IMG/VR virus record: IMGVR_UViG_3300049486_000079
Location: 28,841 to 92,840 of that record
Source: a virus
Lineage: Duplodnaviria; Caudoviricetes
Length of the DNA: 64,000 bases
Strand: one strand, 5' to 3'
The translations under genes were made by a program, and so were the position numbers. Positions 58,080-64,000 of this stretch are shown in pieces. Position 1 is the stretch's first letter, and each line of letters opens with the position of its first letter. The notes under the pieces are model-generated. The model saw only the letters and a program-made list of their open reading frames with translations. It was not told where the DNA came from and made no database searches.

Positions 58080-58369
58080 CCTCTCTGTACGGGCTGTAGT
58101 TCTGAAGGGAAAAGACCGTCTAATGCTCGAACACAAAGACCTATAAGCGCACGGGTTTCTGCCGCATTGAGGTCCGACTGGCAACCGCTACAGGAGAAAC
58201 GGCGCGTCTCAGGCGACCAGCACATTACCTCTTCACAAAAACAGCATACGATTAAGGCTTTGAGGTTTTTTCCGTCCTGCTGGGAGAATGTAACCGAAAC
58301 ACGACTCTGGGGCCTGATAAATAGCTTATCTCGCTGCAATTCAATCTCGTGTTCAAGTTCCTTCTCCAT
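58016..58369 (-). CDS. Zn-ribbon hypothetical protein
   Basis: CCFC ... CSGC. Confidence 0.6.
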   Translation of the reverse strand: MEKELEHEIELQRDKLFIRPQSRVSVTFSQQDGKNLKALIVCCFCEEVMCWSPETRRFSCSGCQSDLNAAETRALIGLCVRALDGLFPSELQPVQRGWLWLFRRLFRRTEPKRPSAV

Positions 58370-58739
58370 GATGAATCAGTCTCTTAAATACCTGTTTGGG
58401 CAATAAGACCCAGTCTTCTGCTTGTCCTCGAAGTCCTTCAAAAGTGATAATCACCGCAGGATCCTTCAGGCGTTCCGTAGCTGCGAGGAAGACCTTGGTC
58501 AGCCATTCTCGTTTGAGTGCTAAGGACTCTTTTTCTGTCCGTTTATGTTCGACCCAGAAAGAACCGAAGGTGAGATCTGCCCCCTCGGTCGAAATGCTGT
58601 CCTTAGATCCTCTGCGTGCCCCTGACTGAAGGAGCCTCTTTCCGCCAAACTCAGCAGCCAGACGCTCCTCGTCCTTTCGGGACTTACGCACCCGCTGAGC
58701 CGTGCGCTTCGAGTCTGACAGCCACCTAGGGCCGCTCAC
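58353..58739 (-). CDS. Hjc-like PD-(D/E)xK resolvase
   Basis: E..LA...GG....SGA, AD, VEHK.T.K.S and W..K motifs. Confidence 0.8.
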   Translation of the reverse strand: MSGPRWLSDSKRTAQRVRKSRKDEERLAAEFGGKRLLQSGARRGSKDSISTEGADLTFGSFWVEHKRTEKESLALKREWLTKVFLAATERLKDPAVIITFEGLRGQAEDWVLLPKQVFKRLIHHGEGT

Positions 58740-58742
58740 AAC

Positions 58743-59915
58743 TCAGCTCTTCTTCTTCGATCGAGTACCCTCGACCGGAGCAGTCTCGGCCGACTCGACC
58801 GAATCAGGCGAAGACGCTTTGAAATCCAAATTCAAGAGGTGCTGTTTCACGATATAGGAGAACTCCGGATCGATCATCAAGCGACGCTCGACATGAGAGC
58901 GTGCCGAGAATTCCTCTCCGAGGCAAATCCACTTGTTTTTACTCTTGAAAAGGACGCCCTGCTGCTCCGCGACCTCGACTACGGCAGGCTCGTCAATAAC
59001 AGAGCCTTTCTTTTTCGTCTCCGTGTCCATGAGAACGAGCCTGTAGCTCCCCTCCATCCCACGAGTGCCACCGTATTTGTTCTTCTCAATCTTGAATTCG
59101 ATCTCGCAGTATTTCGGAAGCTTCGTCGCCTCGTCCAGCTCGGGGTTGTTCGACTTGACACGAACCTCAGTCGAAGTGGAAAAGCCGATTGCAAGCCCTC
59201 CGGGCTGAACCTCGGGATTCCCGAACATCGTCATCTTATTGCGAATCTGATTTGTGAAAAACACAGTCGGTCTGCGTCCTCGGTCGTTCCCGAGCGTATT
59301 CAACGCGGCTGTTGTCTTTCGAATCAGCTTCCCAATGAGACGAGGCTGCTGGCCCATAAAATCTCTCTCGGCCGACTCCTCGGTCTCCTTAATCGGAACC
59401 AAAAAGGCGAGCGAGTCGAGATATATGATGTCACACTCCCCGCTCAGAAGAATGGCCTCGAAAATGTCGACCGCCTGCTCTCCGTATTCAGGCTCCGAGT
59501 AGAGGATCTTGGTCGTATCGACCCCCAACGAAGAGGCCCAGGAGGCGTCCCAGGTTCCCTCGACATTCACCATGGCGACGATAGGCTCCCTGTACTCGGG
59601 GCACGTGCACAACAGCTCGCCCGTAATCGGATGAATGCCCTTCCAGCAATTCGCGCACATCTTCTGAGCATTCGCGATCGTCTTCAAAAGCGTCGTCGTC
59701 TTCGATGATGCTTTGAAACCGAACATGAGATTGACCACTCCGACTGGGAAGCCGCCGCCAAGTGCCCGATCGAGAGGGAAAATCGTAGTCGGAATCCTTG
59801 CGATCCTTGCGGCCCTATGGTCGGAGGCCCGCATAATAATATCATCTCGTTTGAGATGCTTAGCCAGCTTTTTCAGGGACTCCGAAGCGAGAAAAGACGA
59901 TAACCGATCGTTCAT
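58743..59915 (-). CDS. recA: RecA/UvsX-like recombinase
   Basis: LDRALGGG.P.G, G..SSKTT, DSLA.L.P..E, NQIR...MFGNPE..PGG and KNK motifs. Confidence 0.93.
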   Translation of the reverse strand: MNDRLSSFLASESLKKLAKHLKRDDIIMRASDHRAARIARIPTTIFPLDRALGGGFPVGVVNLMFGFKASSKTTTLLKTIANAQKMCANCWKGIHPITGELLCTCPEYREPIVAMVNVEGTWDASWASSLGVDTTKILYSEPEYGEQAVDIFEAILLSGECDIIYLDSLAFLVPIKETEESAERDFMGQQPRLIGKLIRKTTAALNTLGNDRGRRPTVFFTNQIRNKMTMFGNPEVQPGGLAIGFSTSTEVRVKSNNPELDEATKLPKYCEIEFKIEKNKYGGTRGMEGSYRLVLMDTETKKKGSVIDEPAVVEVAEQQGVLFKSKNKWICLGEEFSARSHVERRLMIDPEFSYIVKQHLLNLDFKASSPDSVESAETAPVEGTRSKKKS

Positions 59916-59918
59916 GCC

Positions 59919-60260
59919 CTACTCCAGATCTCCTGCGCTGCTGAGCACCGCTTTTCGGATCGACTCCTTCTCGGAGTTAATACGCTCTTCTGCCCATTTC
60001 GATGCGAACTTATAGGCAGTATCCATCTCTTCAAAATAGCAAGGAATACTGACAGCGACCCCTAGCCGGGCGCTCTCGTAATTACCAAGGCTCAGAGTCA
60101 TTCCATACTCGACAGTAACCCGAGCAGGCTCTGTCACGTATTTATGGACTCGAATGAGTTCGTCTTTTACGAGGGGCGCCCCTTGGGCCTCTCCCTTTCT
60201 TAGGAACTGGCTTGTCACTATTACCTGACTGGACTGTACCTGCTCTTTTTGCTTCGGCAT
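59919..60260 (-). CDS. Conserved phage protein (T.SLGNYESARL family); start likely ATG 60260
   Basis: LGNYES motif; AAGG upstream. Confidence 0.7.
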   Translation of the reverse strand: MPKQKEQVQSSQVIVTSQFLRKGEAQGAPLVKDELIRVHKYVTEPARVTVEYGMTLSLGNYESARLGVAVSIPCYFEEMDTAYKFASKWAEERINSEKESIRKAVLSSAGDLE

Positions 60261-60435
60261 GCTGCTTGACCTTATCCAAAGCCGCTTTACGTTCACGTCG
60301 AAGACGCTTACGGTTTTCGTTATTCTGTTCTAGAATCCGCTGACGATAGTCGGGGTCGTTCTCATAACGAGATCTTCGAAGCTCGTTATACCTGTCTTTG
60401 TTTTCCTGGTACCAATCTTGAAATGTACGAGCCAT
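60142..60435 (-). CDS. Basic helical protein; start likely ATG 60435
   Basis: AGGAG RBS; WY.ENK....RR.RY..DP.YR. Confidence 0.6.
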   Translation of the reverse strand: MARTFQDWYQENKDRYNELRRSRYENDPDYRQRILEQNNENRKRLRRERKAALDKVKQHAEAKRAGTVQSGNSDKPVPKKGRGPRGAPRKRRTHSSP

Positions 60436-60445
60436 AGGACTGCTC

Positions 60446-61813
60446 CTAAAAATCCATAGATCGAACCCAGGACTTTTTGTAATACAAGTTCCAGCGACTA
60501 AAAGCAGCACGTTTACAAAGCCCGATGTTGTCGTCCCGGATATCGACAACAATAGGCTCCTTCTTACCTGGATAGGGACGCTGGATTCTTCCTACGGCCT
60601 GCTCGACATCGCTGATCGGTGTCGCCAAAACGAGGGTATCAAGAGGGGGGATATCCAAAGCCTCTTGCACGAGCTGTGCAGTCGCAAAAATGACCTGCGC
60701 TTCTTCCGCTTTCTCATAATCGCCGTCCTTCATGCCTCCGATATAATAACCAATCGTCGGAAGAATGCCCCACTCCGGCTCCCAAGTCTTTCGGAAGAGA
60801 TCTTCGAGTACGCGAAGGTGCTGATCCAGTCGCTCGCTCAGCACCAAAATCTTACGCCCCGACCGCGCAGCTTGTTGAATTTGATCGACAATAATGAGAT
60901 TTCTCTTCTTGTTTTGAACAAGAAACTTCAGAAGTATCGTCTTTTTGAGAAGACCTTGATTGATCTTATCTCCCCTCGGGAGAACGAATCCTGTGTGCAC
61001 TCGCTTGATAACGGGCTTTAGCCGCTGCGTACGTCCAGTGTAGAGAATGGGACCGATATGATGCCAAAAGACATCCTCGGCACCGTCCTTACGTCGAGGT
61101 GTCGCAGACAGCCCGAGCCTCCACCTCGCGGGAAAACGAGGCGGAATCTGACTCCACGTAGGGGCTCCAATCCGATGGACCTCATCAGAAATAATCAAGC
61201 CGAAATGATTACGAAAACAGGCACCATAATCACGAGCAATAAGGCTGTCGTTCATCGCCACCACAATGTGACGACCCTTGAACTCACACCGATCCTGCTG
61301 AACAACCCCTACAAGGGCTTTAGGCAAAAAACGAGCGATGCGCTCCAGCCACTGGCGCATCAAAAACCCTTTATGAACCGTAATCAAAGTCGGAACATTG
61401 AGTCGAGCGACAAGCGCCAACGTAGCGACCGTCTTACCCCAACCACACCCTGCGCAGAGAATCCCCCCAAGATCTCCGCTCTCGAACGCATCGAGAATCT
61501 GAGCAATCGCCTTCTCTTGATCAGGCTCCAACCGCCCAGAAAAGCTCAGATCTGAGTGCCACCCTGACTTGTCTCCTTCAGTGTAGGAGGGGATAATCTC
61601 ATGATCAGGGCGCCTGTATTTGAAAAAAAATCCCCGTGGGACTCCGAACTTGTCCGGACGCTCCTCGTAGAGATGCAAAGGCGAAGGATCGTCCCCGGGA
61701 TAATCGCCCACCTTCTGAGGCTGAAGAGTCAGGGACTGTTTGAGCTTAAGAATCTGAGAAGACGACAACGCGTCTTTCGGAAACCAGGCCCAACTGTCCA
61801 CCGCAATCTTCAC
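60446..61813 (-). CDS. SF2 DEAD/DEAH helicase (UvsW-like); start likely GTG 61813
   Basis: G.GKT, DEVH, GLSATP.R.DG and Q.VGRI.R motifs; GTGA overlap. Confidence 0.93.
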   Translation of the reverse strand: MKIAVDSWAWFPKDALSSSQILKLKQSLTLQPQKVGDYPGDDPSPLHLYEERPDKFGVPRGFFFKYRRPDHEIIPSYTEGDKSGWHSDLSFSGRLEPDQEKAIAQILDAFESGDLGGILCAGCGWGKTVATLALVARLNVPTLITVHKGFLMRQWLERIARFLPKALVGVVQQDRCEFKGRHIVVAMNDSLIARDYGACFRNHFGLIISDEVHRIGAPTWSQIPPRFPARWRLGLSATPRRKDGAEDVFWHHIGPILYTGRTQRLKPVIKRVHTGFVLPRGDKINQGLLKKTILLKFLVQNKKRNLIIVDQIQQAARSGRKILVLSERLDQHLRVLEDLFRKTWEPEWGILPTIGYYIGGMKDGDYEKAEEAQVIFATAQLVQEALDIPPLDTLVLATPISDVEQAVGRIQRPYPGKKEPIVVDIRDDNIGLCKRAAFSRWNLYYKKSWVRSMDF

Positions 61814-62025
61814 CGCAAATCCTCTACACGTTTGGGGTTGTTCTCTATGGAAAGACGATAATCCACCTCCCCGCGAACCGACTCTAACCAGTCCGCTGGA
61901 AGGCGCGTCGGGTGTTCCCTTTGAAACCAATGAAAATCGATCTTTCGTCGCTTCCCCGGAGGGGCCTCGACGATAGCCGATAATTTTGATTTACCCAGGA
62001 ACAAGGTCACGCTAACCAAGTTCAT
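61810..62025 (-). CDS. Hypothetical protein
   Basis: Coupled to the helicase start. Confidence 0.6.
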   Translation of the reverse strand: MNLVSVTLFLGKSKLSAIVEAPPGKRRKIDFHWFQREHPTRLPADWLESVRGEVDYRLSIENNPKRVEDLR

Positions 62026-62039
62026 GAGACACCAAGCCC

Positions 62040-62053
62040 GGACCGTGCGGTCC
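62040..62053. repeat. GGWCC-RYRY-GGWCC site (intergenic)
   Basis: GGACCGTGCGGTCC downstream of SSB. Confidence 0.8.
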
Positions 62054-62060
62054 GCGTTAT

Positions 62061-62858
62061 TCAGAATGGGACGTCGTCCTCTGTCCCTGCCCCGCCCGCT
62101 GCCTGCGGCCGATCGTTCCCATTTTCAGGAGCACGGTAGTTCCGCAAGATATCCTTCATCTCCTTGGGCGTCTTGGGTTTCAGAATCTCCATGTAATTGA
62201 GCGCAGGAGTGATGAAGGGAAACTGCCCGTCTTCCTGCTCGACCTGAAACCGCTGCTTGAGGATCTTCGCTTCTTTCTCGTCACGATTGGCCGCCTCAAA
62301 AAGATCTCGAAGGCGCTTCCCTCGGAACATAGCGGCCTCTGCCACCTTCCCGAGGTCGACGATCTTTTTGAAATTGAAATCATCTCCGCAGCCCGGAGAC
62401 TTCTCGCCGATACGTGCGATCGAAAACATCGCTCCTGCCAAAGTCCCCAAATCCGTACGACGGCTTTCCAAAATCTTGAGAGCCGTGAGCTTGGCAGGAT
62501 ACAGAGACATCTCGTACTTGTGCTTATTACCCTGCTGGTCTTCCCACTCATTGCAGTCAATGACCGTGAAATAACCAAGCCAGTGGCGGCTCTTTCGACC
62601 AAGACGGTCACAACAGACCGTCTCGTCGTAAATACCCTGCGCACAGGTCATCCAGTTCTTCCAGTGACCATCTGCGTAGTAATTGTGCTCGTTAAGCGTA
62701 AAAGGCTCATCGTCGACAAAAATAAAGTCTCGCTTGGAGCCCTTCTTCAGCCAGATCCGATTCGGACGAATCGAAGCTGCCTGCCGCTCTTCCTGCTGTC
62801 GAACACCAGCAAACCCTCTACTGTACCACGCATCCTGCGCCAATGTCGGTTCCACCAC
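62061..62858 (-). CDS. ssb: Single-stranded DNA-binding protein (gp32-like)
   Basis: H...C...CC possible Zn ligands; acidic EDDVPF tail; replication cluster. Confidence 0.75.
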   Translation of the reverse strand: MVEPTLAQDAWYSRGFAGVRQQEERQAASIRPNRIWLKKGSKRDFIFVDDEPFTLNEHNYYADGHWKNWMTCAQGIYDETVCCDRLGRKSRHWLGYFTVIDCNEWEDQQGNKHKYEMSLYPAKLTALKILESRRTDLGTLAGAMFSIARIGEKSPGCGDDFNFKKIVDLGKVAEAAMFRGKRLRDLFEAANRDEKEAKILKQRFQVEQEDGQFPFITPALNYMEILKPKTPKEMKDILRNYRAPENGNDRPQAAGGAGTEDDVPF

Positions 62859-62942
62859 AATAACCTCTTTTTTATTCCCAATAAAAATGGAACAAGTGTT
62901 AACCCGTATACACCAGACTCGTCTATTTAGACGGTCGTTTGT

Positions 62943-62971
62943 TCGATAACAGCATCCTTGGATGGTGTCAA
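62943..62971 (-). promoter_or_regulatory. Putative promoter TTGACA-N17-TATCGA upstream of SSB
   Basis: Consensus -35, 17-bp spacer, TG extension. Confidence 0.5.
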
Positions 62972-62993
62972 GCTATTATCAATAGAAGGATCT

Positions 62994-64000
62994 CTAGATC
63001 CTATTCTGGAATGTTTCGGCTCTGGCACCCAACAAAACGTTCAGCTCTTCGTCTTCCAATTGGTCCGGATCTTTCCCGGGCGGTAATCGTACGATGCGAA
63101 AAGGAATGCGTCCCGAAAGCCGGGATGCAATAGAGTCCGCCATCTTGTAGCCGGCCTCGTCTCCGTCTCCCACAATAAAGGCATAGGAGAACAATTGAAG
63201 CAGCTTCTTAAGCTGCACGTCACTGATGTAACTCCCCATGATCGCTACCGCATTCGTATACCCGGCCTGCTTGAGGAATATCGCATCGAAAAACCCTTCA
63301 CAAATATAGCAGGGCTTTCCTTTGTCCACCAGATGTTCCCCGTAGAGGTACAAATCCCGACGAAATCCTTTTGAATGCAGGTACTTAGGAACCTTTTTAT
63401 CCTGCCACTCGCAGCCTGGAAGCAATCGGCGAGATAACCCCACCAAGTTGCGGTTGAGATCGCGAATGGGGATCGTAACTCGAAAAGACTGAGCGTCCCA
63501 GCCCAATTCCCACAACGTGACCGTATCGTCTGTCAGACGTCTTTGCGGGCCTGTCAGGTACAGGTACGGTTCGAGATCCAGAAACGAATAGGGCTTGAGA
63601 GACGCCTCTTCCAGCACAACCGGTGCTTGCTCAAACCTGGCCGCGACCTTCGATGAGAGCGTCACTCCTGCCACCGTTACAGGCTTTTTCTCGAAAGAGG
63701 CTTTGCTGATTTTATCTGCAAGACGAGCAAAGTCGACTGCTCCGTCATTCTGGACGAGAGCATACAAATGCTTGAGATTCAGGCCCTGCTCTGCTTCGAG
63801 CCGCCAGACCATTTGTTTGAGAGTGCCTGAAAGCCGACACCCGTAACAATGGAATGTACTACACCCCTCGGAAGTGACCTTGACACCGAAGGAAGGATGT
63901 TGGTCGCCTCCGCTCTTGTGACGCCTAGAAAACGGGCATGAGGCCGTCACCCACTGAGTCGATCCCTCTCTTATCTTGGTCGCCCCTACTTCTTTCAGCA
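62994..64000 (-). CDS. dnaG: DNA primase (Zn finger + TOPRIM), 5' end beyond window
   Basis: CPF...H...PSF..C.GC, CEGFFD, DGDEAG and KDPD motifs; frame stays open to window end. Confidence 0.92.
   Translation of the reverse strand, partial: LKEVGATKIREGSTQWVTASCPFSRRHKSGGDQHPSFGVKVTSEGCSTFHCYGCRLSGTLKQMVWRLEAEQGLNLKHLYALVQNDGAVDFARLADKISKASFEKKPVTVAGVTLSSKVAARFEQAPVVLEEASLKPYSFLDLEPYLYLTGPQRRLTDDTVTLWELGWDAQSFRVTIPIRDLNRNLVGLSRRLLPGCEWQDKKVPKYLHSKGFRRDLYLYGEHLVDKGKPCYICEGFFDAIFLKQAGYTNAVAIMGSYISDVQLKKLLQLFSYAFIVGDGDEAGYKMADSIASRLSGRIPFRIVRLPPGKDPDQLEDEELNVLLGARAETFQNRI

Larger units (their letters stand above)
1..64000 (-). mobile_element. Segment of a large myovirus genome (T4-like head, eCIS-like contractile tail, family-A polymerase replication module)
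   Basis: Co-oriented, tightly packed terminase, portal, protease, capsid, neck, sheath, tube, tape measure, baseplate and replication genes; no host housekeeping genes. Confidence 0.97.

Noticed and set aside
58839-59708. 289-aa plus-strand ORF and other plus-strand ORFs throughout the window
   Set aside because: They overlap well-supported minus-strand genes and show typical antisense composition
1479-62053. Dispersed palindromes as CRISPR repeats, REP elements or a codon artefact
   Set aside because: They are kilobases apart, mostly intragenic, and occur in three frames encoding different peptides
1-64000. Stop-codon reassignment, inteins or introns
   Set aside because: Core genes are intact in the standard code with expected lengths and no intein motifs noticed

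Overview
The whole 64-kb window is a contiguous segment of a large myovirus genome, and essentially every real gene lies on the minus strand. In transcription order (right to left) it has five parts. (1) Replication/recombination: primase, SSB, SF2 helicase, RecA/UvsX-like recombinase, Hjc-like and RuvC-like resolvases, Cas4-like nuclease and a compact family-A DNA polymerase. (2) Packaging and a T4-like head: small and large terminase, gp20-like portal, gp21 protease fused to scaffold, gp23-like capsid and gp13/14/15-like neck. (3) A contractile tail resembling extracellular contractile injection systems: sheath, two gp19-type tubes, a chaperone with a -1 frameshift, tape measure, LysM, hub, spike, gp25 and baseplate J. 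(4) About 20 kb of domain-shuffled fibre/decoration genes, containing a secreted-protein moron. (5) Highly basic candidate internal head proteins. The main unexplained signal is a 14-bp palindrome, GGWCC-RYRY-GGWCC (consensus GGACCGTACGGTCC). By eye I find 9 exact and 9 single-mismatch copies spread across the window, in all three reading frames and in intergenic gaps. Its architecture resembles parS, which suggests a genome-wide protein-binding-site system. No tRNA, CRISPR array, integrase or lysis genes were recognised. All assignments come from visual motif recognition and synteny, not database searches.
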